Positions 22,975-35,361 of a DNA stretch of 64,000 nucleotides are shown here, one piece after another (position 1 is the stretch's first letter; every line of letters begins with the position of its first letter). A program made the position numbers and the translations under genes. This stretch comes from Octopus bimaculoides (Eukaryota), in NCBI RefSeq assembly GCF_001194135.2, contig NC_069004.1, positions 2,083,968 to 2,147,967 on the forward strand, written 5' to 3'. The notes below the pieces were generated by a model. That model saw nothing but the letters and a program-made list of their open reading frames with translations, had not been told where the DNA came from and made no database searches.

Positions 22975-24291
22975 TATCAATGTAATGTATAAAAGTCAGT
23001 ACTTGTACATAGACAACGTGTGTATCATGGCTGAAATAGGACTATATAAAATCATAAGAAAATTCTATCCAAGTTCATTAGAACAGGGAAGATGATTTTA
23101 TTCCCAAAACCAGTGACTCTTAAGGTCAAATTCCTAAAAAAAATACCTAAGAGCATTATAAGGAATAAGAATAAACATAATAAATAATATATAAAGAGAC
23201 AAAAACTGTAAAGTAATCCCTAAGTTAATGGCATTAATTTATAGTAAATATATGTATTTATCTCTGGGTAAGGGACGCCATATTTATTATGTGACTTTTC
23301 AGTATAAATGCTAAAGCACACTTATTTCGATTTAATTTACAGTAACTTGCCGGCAGAGAAGTCATGTTTTTTAAATTTATTCTAAACAATATTGACATAC
23401 GTTTTTTATTAACTTTATACACTAACACGTTTTTTACTTCTTCCATAATATTTTAACCTTGTTCACTATAATACTCCATTTGAATATTTTTAGTTTGTAA
23501 CTTTACTAATGATATTAATGCCAAATACTGACTTTTATACATTATATTATTAATTTTTACTGTCCAATTTATACTTTATTTGATTTTTAGATAAATATTT
23601 TTTTATGATGAATGTTTCTTTGCGTGATATATTATTAAAATTTTAGATTAGTATTTATATGGTATATGTCTCACAGCATCGTTTGGGACCGGTTCTTCGT
23701 TGACCGAGTTGTAGTTCGTCTCTAAATTAGTTATATACATATATATTACGAAATTCAGTCTAATATTATTATACTGAATCTTACCTGTAAGGTTGGAATA
23801 ATTATTTTATTCCCCAATATTATTACTATATATATGTATAGTAATATATATGGTCTTTCAGTTTCTGTGAACTAAATCCATTCACAAAGCCTTGGTCTGC
23901 TGTGGGCTACAGAAGTCAGTGGCCCAAGGTGTCACACAATGGCCTGTCGCAATTTTGTGCCACTATCTCATAGCATTGAGATTTCAATAATGTGATTATT
24001 AATTTTTAGAATGACATTGTAGAATAGGTTTAAGTGGCGAAATCTGGCCAGTTTGAGTCAGATTTGATTGGTTTAAATGCTAAAGAATTAAAGCCCAACA
24101 CTTTATTTCCAATGTAGGAAACTCTGCTCTGCTCACCCATTTCTGTACCCGTTTTATTCCTTCTTTTTTTTTTTGTGTCCATTTACAAACATTACACACT
24201 GCCTTTGCCTATCCAGTTGTTTGTGTGTGGAGTTGGATGAGCAAACATGCTGCTTTCACAACAACCTTGCTTGGTTGATATGTGTTATGTT

Positions 24292-24550
24292 CTTGAGTGG
24301 CCAAGTGGTTAGGTATCCGGCTCATAATCGCAGGGTCGTGAGTTCATTTCTTGGCAATGTGTTGTGTCCTTGAGCAAGATCCTTTATTTCACATTGCTCC
24401 AGTCTACTCACCTGTGTCACACTGAATCTCCCAGAGAACTACGTTAAGCGTTCACGTATCTGTGGAGTGCTCAGCCACTTGCACATTAATTTCATGAGCA
24501 GGTTGTTCCGGATTAACTGGAACCTTCATCATAACCGATGGAGTGCCAGT
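24292..24550 (+). mobile_element. tRNA-derived SINE family E (A box tggccaagtgg, ctcataa loop, B box gagttcatttc)
   Basis: The body tgtgtcacactgaatctccc...gtggagtgctcagccactt...atggagtgc recurs at about 36310-36470. Confidence 0.65.
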
Positions 24551-26259
24551 GATATGTGTTGTGCTTGCTTCTACATTTGTATAGGGTTGTGTTCACCATG
24601 TCAGCTGTGTCTGTTACTATTATTGTTTGTGTTTATCTCCCTATATATTGACCCTTTTCACTGGCCATCCTATGTCTTACTATTTTCCTAAAAAAAAGTG
24701 AGCTAAGAGAAAATTACTCCGTAGTCAGTAGCATGTATGTGAGCAACGTAGACTAATACAGGTCTATCAAATACCACACAATATAAATTCTTGATGTACT
24801 AAGGTTATCTCTGCCTACAGAGGATGTCATAGTTACCAAATGACGATGAAGACTAGTTTCACCTGAAAAGGGGAGATAATCTCAAGATTCTAGAATTTGT
24901 TTAAATTATCTTGGCCGTAAATGTGTTTTGCTCTCTTTCTGTATAAGCTACTGGGTATAAAGTTGGACGATTGTCATGACAACAGCTATTGAGCTACAAA
25001 CATGTCTCTATGGCTGTCCTTATATTTCCAGACAATAATCTTGTCCTTTGCCTGTTCAATGAATTTTCATAAGCTTGTCCCCCTCTATCTTACTTTAGCC
25101 TTTCAACATCCAACATCAAGCTACTGGAGATGATGATATATATTGTAGACATATATAGAGGCTCAGTCATGGCTATGTGCTCTAGGGGCTTGCTTCCCAA
25201 CCATGTGCCATTGAAGACTGTCCTTGGCTGACATAAACAGGTTTCCACAAAGCCCACTTAACCCATGAATGGAAGTCAGACAACCTCTGTAATATGAAAT
25301 TGGTGGCCTCCAAATTCATCTGATTTAAATCCCATAGGCTACTACACTTGGAATGTTGATGAAAGGGACCTTGACATCCTCACACCATTGTTCAACTGAT
25401 TTCCAAAATGAATAAGGAACATTTAAATGATGATGATGAAATAAATGTGTGTGTGTGTCCCCAGCTTCTAAAGCACTTTAATATTAAAGAATTAATAGAA
25501 ATGGGTTATCATATGATCTATTTAAGTTTGTTTATCACCCCCTCATATCGTTAACAATAAATAATTAATAAGAAATAGTTGATAACCTTTACACAATATC
25601 AAGTGCAAATGTCTCCACTCCAACTAACATAATTTTTCTTCAAATATTGCACACACAAAGAAAAAATTTCAATATTTTAAAATTTATTTACATATAATGA
25701 ATTTAACTTTTGGGAACAAACTTCTGCAATGAGATAAAACTGCAGGACAATGGTTTAAAAACATTGACAAGAATGTTTTCTTTAAATAATTAATTCATTA
25801 AAGCATTATTAATATGCTGGTGTTGCATTGCACACCATTGCACTTTGTCAAGCTTGTGTGTACACCAACACACATACAACAAAAAATAGTTGTATACAAG
25901 TTGACATAATAGTAAAGGTCACAGATTGCAATGTCTATATATGTGTTGGTGAGTGCATATGTCTGTATATATGTGTGTATGTGTATGCATGTGCAATTTT
26001 TTTTTTCTATGTGCACTTTCGTAAATATACAAAATTTTACAAGGTTTATTTTAGGGTGAAATATTAAATAAGGGGAAGTTGTGGGTCTGTAGAGATGGTT
26101 CCAAATGGTTCAACCAAAATGGTACACTGTGAAATGGCGCAATCATATACAACATCATATGGTGAACACACCAACAAAACGTGATCACAGTTCCTTAGCT
26201 TTTCTGGTTTGTTGCCTCTCCTTTGGCTTACCAACAAATGAAATCCTTAAGAATGGATC

Positions 26260-28628
26260 TCAGATACTTAAACTATCTTCAATGGATTTGAATTCTTCAT
26301 CGAGCTTCTGCTGATTGCGAAGATATTCGGTGTAGAGAGTCCTCGCTTGGTGAAGAACTTTGTGAACATTTTGTTTGCGAGTTAATCTCTGGAAATACAT
26401 ATCTATCTCTTCACATTCCAGTTTCTTGTTAATGATTAAATCACGGTGTTGGAGGAGAATAGTTAGGCAAAGGAACATGAGAAATGGGTTGCCGGCGCCA
26501 AAATCCTGTGGTGGAGGCAGTTTCTGCGACCGGTCCAGTGTAGCATTTTCATTTACAGGAGTAGTAGTAGTAGCAGTAGTGATGGTATTGGTGTTGGTAA
26601 TGTTAGTTGGCGAAGAAGCAGGATTAGAAATGGTGGTGGTCACACCAGTGGAACCATTTACAGCGAGCTGGGATGGGGAGCTGGCATCAAAGGAGGAATG
26701 GGTCGAGGCAGAGTCTGCCGGGGGAGGGTAAGGAGGAGATGACAATGAAGATGACGACGTTGAAATATTGGAAGGCGGCAATGGAAGTGGAGGTATGTCC
26801 GGATGTTGCAATGCTTGCAAGGAACAAGGGACTGTAGGAAGATGGGATGTGTCCCCACTGGCAGGTGACTCGCTTGGCGTAACCATCTGAGATGATGCCA
26901 CAGACGAAGAAGAAGTAGATAGAATGGAGTCGTTAGTGTGCACTTTTTTCATTTGTGATGGTGGTAGCGGCAGTGGAGGTGGTGGGAGTGTTAGTGGAAG
27001 TGATAGGGGGAGGGGAGGTTGGTTACCTGGAGATGGAGTTTTAACAGTTGATCTAAACTGTGGGCATTGTTGGCCAAATGATGTTGGAGTCCCGTTCTCA
27101 CTGTCAGTGGCATCGACATAGTCAGCATCCTCGGTGTGACTTTTATCACAGTTTGGAGACGTTGGAGTGACCATTGGCTTGGCTACGTTTAGAGACAGCT
27201 GAGCCGGTTTGTGCTTTACTTTTGTTTTGGTCTTTGGTACTTCAGAGACTGGGGAATGAAATGAACTGGATGGTTCCGTGGTTTGAAATTTCTCTACATT
27301 CTCAAGAGATAAATGAAACTGAGTGTCTTCGAAAGAACCGCTGTCTTTTATCCCACCCGAATCTGTTTTGTGACATGGATTGATGCTTCCGACACTTAAC
27401 TTGCTTTTACCTGATGAGGAAGAACTTTCAAATGCAAACACATCATCACTACCACCATGTGACTGAGGAGGAGGAGAACTGCACAACGACTTATCAATGC
27501 TTGAAGAACGAGCCTGCATCATCTTGGCTGTAGCATCCTCCATAGCTGGGAAATCTCCACCGGAGTAACTTTCTTCCATAGGTGAGACATCATGCTGATT
27601 AATTTGGATGTTGATGCAATTAGAAGATTTCTTCACTCCGTTCAGTCTCACATTTGACTCCGCATCAGTTGTCTTGTCGGAATCATAACTATTTGAATGT
27701 GCTACGTTTCGAGCTTTGGCAGCATCTTTTAAGCGGAGTGCAAGGAAATTGGCATACATACTCTGAGGGAAATTTAGTGTTGGGGATGAAGGTGAAGAAG
27801 AAATTAAACTAGGAGAATAATGCGGATCAGTGAGTTCAAGTTCAACAGCAGGCGGGTCTGGAGGTAGCGTACTCCACATCACCTCCAGCATATAAAGAGC
27901 ATCATCCAAGGGGAATTCACGCTTCAGTTCAAGAAGAAGCCATCGGAAGCAGAAAAGGTGATTTGGGCTGCTTTCACAGAGGTAAGTGTAGAATAGAGGA
28001 TCATAGAGTTGGAGAAGCAGTGACAAATGCTGTAGCTTGATCTTCATTGCTTGACCACTTGGATGAAAGTTAATCTTCATATGTTTCATCAAGCCACAGA
28101 AGCAAAGATATGCATGAGACTCGTCTTTCTGAACGACTAGTAAAGGTGAAGCTAAATCACTCATGCCCTGACAGTAGGAGATATCAGGATGTGTTACTGC
28201 ATAGGTTACTAAGATGTGAATTAAAGACAGGATATTGTTACTATCGTCCGACCCAGCATAAAACTTATAAGTCCGATCTGTTCTTAGCACATCCTTCTTG
28301 ACCACTGAAATGATGTTCTTGATTTCATCGGAGGCTGTGTCCGTCTCTAAATGTGCCTTCCATTGCTTTCGCACCTTGTAGTACTCCTGCTCCTTTCGTT
28401 TCAGGTAGTCATAACGCTCTTTCCCCGACATGTTATCAGGGAAAATATTCAGAAGATGCCGCCAGACCACTTTACGCAGCGATGGTTCAATACCACCTTG
28501 GTAAATACTCAGTCGGAGTTCCTGGGGTCTGATGAGATGTCCATCACCGTCTAAATAGTTGTGAAACTCCATATCAGTCATGGCTGGTTTCAATGCTTTC
28601 ACAGCATTATCTTCGTAAGATTTAAAAC
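26260..28628 (-). CDS. TBC1D25: TBC1 domain family member 25 (OATL1, Rab-GAP), terminal coding exon
   Basis: Acceptor ttttccctcag| at 28629/28628, phase 1. ...MTDMEFHNYLDGDGHLIRPQELRLSIYQGGIEPSLRKVVWRHLLN...IKKDVLRTDR-like R finger (VVKKDVLRTDR), YCQGMSDLASPLL Q finger and C-terminal FGAGNPFLMFLCL closely follow vertebrate TBC1D25. Confidence 0.93.
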
Positions 28629-29705
28629 CTGAGGGAAAATAGAAAAGAGAGGAAGTCAAAGATCTCCTTAAGTAATAAAGACAATGCTTTATATTATTGG
28701 GTTAAAAATTGTCAAACATTGAGCTAGCATTTATGCAGAGGTCATAGCTTACCACAAATCTTGTAGTGCATCTCTGAGTAAAGCTTTAGACTGCTTAGCA
28801 AGAAACTAGACACAATGATAAAGTACACTGCTAAGTGTAATCTATCCATCCATCTTCTCCACTCATTATTCTTGGAAGGGTTGCGAGAGTTGAGTCCTCA
28901 GGCACCTTCTCCATAGGGTCCTTTTAGAAGCGACCATCATTACACTTTCTGGCTGGATTCCCAAGCGTGACCAACTGAAACCATGGCCATTACCCAACCA
29001 TCTTGCCCTTGGTCTACTCCTAAGTCTCTTGCTGGCTGGCTTGGTTTGAAGAATCTTCCTGCAACATTCTAATCACATGCCTACAATATTGCTGCTGTAA
29101 CCTCTCAATGTGGAGAAGTAGGTATAATAAGGTATAAATTCAGTTTACGTAAACCTACGTAGTAGACACACAAACAGGTCAAATTTACCTCATTCTCTGT
29201 AGACAGAAAAAATGATGAGCAGTCTTAATGATTTTTCAATCCTTACTAGGGTCTACTCAGAGGTGCTGTGTCTATGTCACTTGTTCCAGTCCCAGAGAAA
29301 GAAGCCATTTTGTTTGTTACACACATCAAACGTTGTAGCTTCAGAGAAACGGGGTTACTAATTTGCATATCCTTAGTGTTAGTGCTGTGTAATATTCTCA
29401 ATGAATGAATTTCTGGGTGATACATCATCAGCATATTATCGAAAAATGATATCACTTTTGATATATAATAAGTGCTTAATTTATCATACTTTCTATAAGG
29501 GATATCACTGATTATTCTATTCAGTGTCTCATAGAATCCACTAAAGTATTGTCTGATTTAAAATTACATTCAGTTAAATAAAAATATTTACTCCAGTGCT
29601 AGAAACAGAAAACCTGAACAGAAGATGTAAAATTTCATAAAGTAATTATTTCATAAACTTTGTCAGTGTATGGTACATTTCTAGAATATTCTGAATAATA
29701 CCTAC

Positions 29706-29858
29706 CCATGACTTTTTGAACCTGCGATAAAGTCTTCTCTACATGGCTTGTGATGCTACCAGTCAAGGCACCAAGGAAGGAGTTCTTCTCAAACATGCTT
29801 GCTGTAACTTTCAGCTGAGGGATATCCCCTGGGGTTATGATGTCCCAATCTTCAAGAC
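29706..29858 (-). CDS. TBC1D25: TBC1D25 coding exon 4, containing the LIR motif EDWDII
   Basis: ttatttcag|GT CTT GAA GAT TGG GAC ATC ATA...GTC ATG G|gtaggt. 153 nt, phase 1-1. Confidence 0.9.
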
Positions 29859-30414
29859 CTGAAATAATTTTTAAAGATATATTTCTCTTTTCTTTTAACT
29901 TTCTTTTGGTCATTACTCTTTGGCAACGAACGCAGGCACAGAGTTAACTTTGTTATTACATAACTGATTCTTATTAAAGTTTTTTTCAATGCATGTTTAT
30001 CAATTTTTCTTTCTTACATCATAATTAATATTTATGACGTAAGAACAAAAAAATTATCCATCAGAAGATCACACATTAAGTACCAAGAAAAGAAAAAAAG
30101 ATGTATATAACTCGCAGGCCATGGTTTATTCTCGTACTGGTTCCAGTTCTTGTAGTGTAGCCAAAGAAAGGCATCAGCTTCAAATATTTTAATTGATTTC
30201 TATTGACACCAGTATTTATTTAATCAAGGTGTTTATGTCAATCGTGTCCATTTAATAAATTCTAATGTCTCTTCTTCTCACCCTCTCTATCTGTATTATG
30301 TACCTACATGCCTGGGCGTGTATGTGTTTGCCTCTAGTACAAAAAAAAACCCCAGTTAACTTTATCCTCTTAAACAGCAAAAAAAAAAAAGTTAAAGAAG
30401 AGATTTTGACATAC

Positions 30415-30563
30415 CTTCCTCAAATGGCTTCAGGTCAACTTTAAGCTTAAGATATGGTTCTGAAGCACACTGGCAAGCCGCATCCATATCCCAATCAGAC
30501 AACATGCTGAGATAAATTTTCTGGCCATCAGAAGCTTTAGCCAAGTAACTGGTAGAAAAATCA
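30415..30563 (-). CDS. TBC1D25: TBC1D25 coding exon 3
   Basis: cttcttgcag|T GAT TTT...; DFSTSYLAKASDGQKIYLSMLSDWDMDAACQCASEPYLKLKVDLKPFEE; G|gtatgt. Phase 2-1. Confidence 0.9.
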
Positions 30564-30861
30564 CTGCAAGAAGAACACAATAAATAAACAAATAGAATAA
30601 TCAAGTGATTATAGTCTTTTAAATTTAACATTAGATAAACGTATTAATGTCGTTATATTTCCTTTCTGCTGCCATGCTGGGCAAATATGGTTTAAGATTT
30701 CCAATTATTTCAAGATGTACTACATTATCATCATTTAGTGTCCATTTTTCCATGCTTGCAAGGAGTGTATTGAGGCAGTTTTTCTGTGGTCAGATGCCCT
30801 TCCTGTTGCCAACCCTCACCTATTTCCTTCGAGTATGGTAATATTTCCACATAGCCAGACA

Positions 30862-30985
30862 AGTTTCCATCAAACAAATTCACTCCTAAGGCATTGGTCA
30901 ACCTGAGACAGTTGCCTGTTCAGTGGGACTGAACCTGAAACCAGATGGTTGCAAACCGAACTTCTTAACTACACAGCTATGACTG
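30862..30985 (-). mobile_element. SINE family A copy
   Basis: Similarity to the other copies. Confidence 0.6.
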
Positions 30986-31318
30986 CACTTATATATACAT
31001 ATATATGTATGTGCCAGTGGCACGTAAAAAGCACCATTCGAGTGTGGCCATTGTCAGTGCCACCTGACTGGCTCCCATGCCAGTGGCACATAAAAGCACC
31101 CACTATACTCTCAGAGTGGTTGGCGTTAGGAAGGGCATCCAACTGTAGAAATCTTGCCAGATCAGATTGGCATGGGTTGGATGGTTTCACAGGAGCTAGC
31201 CAGCCAGAGAGCTGCATCAGGCTCCAATTGTCTGTTTTGACAAGATTTCTATGACTGGATGTCCTTCCTAATGCCAACCACATTCCAAAATGCACTGGGT
31301 ACATTTTACACATGTATG

Positions 31319-31357
<39 letters not shown>

Positions 31358-32689
31358 GACAAACAAATACATATTGTAGTAAACAGCCTACACACACTAT
31401 TTCCTGTATTCGGTTAAAACAAACACAGATCAAAAACAAATGGTTATTGCCAAACTTTACACAATACCGATTATTATTATGTGTTGCTTTATTATATTAG
31501 GACTATTATAAGAATATTATTGTACATGTATTGTGATATATAAAATTATGAGCTATTATTGCAATTACTATTGTATGCGTATTGTCATCATACCATTTGA
31601 AATATATTAATTGTTATTAATGTGATTAGTACCACAAAAAAACATTTCCATTGTACTTGTAGGGACAATGAATAAATTGTCAATCAAATGCTCTGCTAGG
31701 CTCTCAAATTCCTTCAACCAACTGAAAGAAATTGAGGCTCTGCACAATGGTTGGATCCTCAACTGGCATTCTCACTTGCTAAAGCCTTCTGTCAAATATC
31801 AACAGATTATGTGGCAAAACACACATGAAATACTGAATAACTTGATGGTGGTGGAATGTGGGGAATACCCAGGGAAGACGGCTGCATGGAAAACAAATAG
31901 TAAAATGGGTGCTAATAATCTTTATTAGACGAGGAATTTTAATTACTGTATTTGGTGGCATACAAGAAGCACTTAATTTTTTCAAAGAAATGTCTCAGTG
32001 AAAAATCACACTGAATCCTGGATGTGAAGCTTTAATCTTTAATCTTTAATCTTTTACTTGTTTCAGTCATTAGGCTGTGGCCATGCTTGGGCACTGCCTG
32101 GAAGAAATTTTAGTTGAATGAATCGACTTCAGGACTTATTTTTAAAGCTTGATACTTATTCTATTTTACTAAATTCTTTATAACTTTCAAAATTAACTGA
32201 AGCAAAGGCAGAGTATTTCATCAGAAATATGGTAATAGAAAAGTTAATTTCTGGTCAACAAAAATAGAGGTGATAATCTTGAAATTGAAATTAATTAAAA
32301 ATAGAATGTAGAAGAAGCAAGTCTGTTTTTTGGGAGTACAATGACAATGCTTGAGGAGATTTTCATCTGTTTGGTACATATAAAACCATTCTTCACACAA
32401 GAAGAATGATTGGGAATTTAGATGCATAATGATATCCCCAAACATGATATTCCCCAAGTCTTCCTCGTGTACCCAAACAATGTGTGCCTACTTTGAAGAT
32501 AACAAACTCAGTCACTTTTCTACCGAAGAAGAAGCTGGAATCCTCGACTGAAACAAATTTTGAAAGGTTTTAATTGTAATTCTAAGCTTATAGATTTGTA
32601 AAATTTTAAAATCACAGAAAATAATTTAAATAAAGGTATTCTCATACAAATTTTTAGTAATTTATTTAATTCCCTATAGTAATTATCTA

Positions 32690-32855
32690 TCTTTACATCA
32701 ACCCCAGTGCCTAACTGGTACTTATCTTAACTCCCATGAGTACAAAAGGCAAAAAACCAACCTCAGTGGAATTTGAACTCAGATCATAAAGACAGATGAA
32801 ATACCATGAGGCATTTTGCTCGGTATGCTAACAATTCTGCCAGCTAACCACCTTT
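32690..32855 (-). mobile_element. SINE family B copy
   Basis: Reverse complement (ggaatttgaactcag...attctgccagct). Confidence 0.65.
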
Positions 32856-33049
32856 TATATAATTGCAACTTTTATTAATTAGGTTGCACTAATGATGTTT
32901 CCTTACTCACTTGGTTCTTCAAATTAGGATAAAAATTAGTCATGAGGGTAAATTGAATTTTGTTCACTAATACTTTTATTTCTAAGAAGGTATTTTTCAG
33001 ATCCTGTTTCGTTGAATAAATCTAATATTTTCATAAACTATAAGGCATA

Positions 33050-33140
33050 TGTATGGCTGTGTGGCTAAGGAGCTTGCTTCCCAACTGTGTGGCCTTAGGT
33101 TCAGTCCCACTACCTGGCACCTTGAGTAAATGGCTTCTTC
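33050..33140 (+). mobile_element. SINE family A copy, 5' part
   Basis: tatggctgtgtggctaaggagcttgcttcccaac...ggttcagtcccact. Confidence 0.65.
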
Positions 33141-34145
33141 TATTAAAAGTACAATGTAGTTACTTCAGTTTCAACAGAGAGTCTTAGGATCAAATCACTT
33201 GCTAGACAATCAAAATAAGCAGATATATGTACACATACATAGAAATATATTTACATAAAAACCATACCTGGAATTAAGTGAATAGTCATCAGGTAAAACT
33301 CTTACATATGAAAATATGGTCCGTAAATGCTTGCTAAGAAAGTGTTAAAAAGATTTTAAAGAAACAACTTTTCATCGAGCTTCTGTGTTTTTAGAATTGG
33401 TTAGAATGACAATGGAATTTTTAGTCCAACTGTTCTTGATCTTAAGATGATGACATCTTCGGTCTAATACAAATGCGAGTTAAACAATTTCTTGTAAATT
33501 CTAAATTCTACACAATATATCGATGAAAAAACGCAAACTTTGAAATTCTGTTTATGTGATGCGAAGTCAACCTTGGTAAGATTGTGTCTGCTGCTAGAAC
33601 GGCAATGAACTGGCAAACATTGTCACAATGTTGAAGCAAAACCATAACAAACAACATCCACAATAATACTGGATGGTTTAGTTTGAATTTGGCTAAGTAC
33701 AAAAGCAACAGGCAGTAAATTGTCAACAGCCAATGGAGAGAACATGAAACAAAGCAAATATCAAAAATATATATTTAGAATAATTGCAATGAAAGACACT
33801 AATATAATGCTTTTACTTGTTTCATCTTCTACGCATTCTTCCTAAATCTATTCAAAAGTTCTTTAAATTGAAACTACAAATATATTCATACAAAGTTGTT
33901 AATGCTTTTAACAAATTGATATAAATAGTTGGTCAATTAACTATGTCAGACTGCAAACCAAATTTAAATGGAGAGGTGAAAGGTTGCAGAAATTAAATAA
34001 AATTTCGTAAATAGACATTATTTGTAATAACATTAACGAAATCTGTTAATAAATTTGTTTGTTTCTTTTTTTCATGATAGTGGACCAGTGGTTGTAAACT
34101 TTTGGTGAGTGAAGGCACAAGCTTTCTTTAGACATTGCCTAAAGC

Positions 34146-34293
34146 AGGCATGAGCAACCTTTTTCGAGAAGTGGGCCACATGAGACACACCTCATCACCA
34201 GACAGGCCACACTACTAAAAACAATTTGAGGTCATTTTTCATTGGCGTTTCATTCAGCAAGTGCCATGGGCCACCACAGTTTGCCCATCACTG
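34146..34293. mobile_element. hAT-type MITE
   Basis: caggcatgagcaacct ... gtttgcccatcactg imperfect TIRs. Confidence 0.45.
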
Positions 34294-34643
34294 GTCTAGA
34301 GTGTGCATGTGATGGGAAAATGTTTCAAATGTGTGAGAACACTTTCATGTAATAATGTGTTTGTACTTTGAGTCAACAGCTGTTCAGGGTTATAAACCAT
34401 GTAATTCAGTTGTTTTTATCATCTGCAAAATATCGATTCAATCCACAAGTTATCCTACTTTTTCATAAGTGGCCTTGTACTCAATTCAAAAGAGAAACCA
34501 TTATTATTGGGGTAGAGGAAAGGAAATGGAACCAGTAGAATGCTTTTAGGATTCAGCTTTCTTCTTCTTTAGTTAGAGTTCAAGATACCTCTTGGGATCA
34601 ATAAACAGTACAAGTTATATCCCAAGGTTGATTTACCCAATTA

Positions 34644-34768
34644 TATGAGGGGGTGCTGAGAAGTTTCTGCCTTTAAGGGTACTGCAAAAGGCCTTGTTGG
34701 GGGCCCAATCTTCTTCTAAGTTCTTTTACAGGGCTTAGAAAAACTGAAGGACCCCTGCAATAAGTGTC
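34644..34768 (+). mobile_element. Truncated mariner-derived MITE
   Basis: TA-flanked tatgagggggtgctgagaagtttc end followed by ...gggcttagaaaaactgaaggacc.ctgcaataagtgt, resembling the 3' end of a mariner transposase (GLEKLKD.CNKC). Confidence 0.5.
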
Positions 34769-35251
34769 CTGAAAGAAGCCTGTTGTGTGTGACTGTCTCC
34801 TTGCCTTGACTTTGTGCAATTGTTGTAAATGTGTGTCTCTGTCATGCAAGTGGTGTCCTTTGTTTCCAGTCTTCTGTGAAAATATGTCAGGTCATGAGAG
34901 AAATATTACGTTACTTGGAAATAGGTGAAGGCTAGAAACTAGAAGGGCATCCAGGTGTAAAACATCTGCCCCCAGCAAATTCTGTCCACGCCATGCAAGC
35001 ATGGGAAAGTGGGCATTAGAACAATGATGATGATGAAGCCATGTATCATCTTCAGATGAGATATTTCAGTGAGTGAAAGACAAATATAACTGAAACCTAG
35101 GCCAGATGCTCATACCACATCCCTTGATCAGAACATCTGGCATGAAAGAATTACATTAGTCTGGGCAAATCACCCAACCAGGATGGGGTGGAAAAAAAAC
35201 AATTCCAGATGATCACAAACAAATAACAGAGAAAAATATGTAACTACTTAC

Positions 35252-35361
35252 CTTTTGATATTAAATGCTTTTGCCAGAATTCCTTGTAACATCTCAAAAG
35301 ATGTGATCTGTGGATCAATGGAGAATTTCTTGTATTCAGGCTGCACAAGTCCATCGCATTT
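35252..35361 (-). CDS. TBC1D25: TBC1D25 coding exon 2
   Basis: atttttcag|KCDGLVQPEYKKFSIDPQITSFEMLQGILAKAFNIK AG|gtaagt. Phase 0-2, homologous to vertebrate KCE...FAVDPQITSLDVLQHIL. Confidence 0.9.

Noticed and set aside
24292-24360. tRNA-Met-like sequence (ctcataa loop)
   Set aside because: No proper acceptor or T stem, and it continues into a repeat body. It is a SINE head, not a tRNA gene. The same holds for the family A and B heads.
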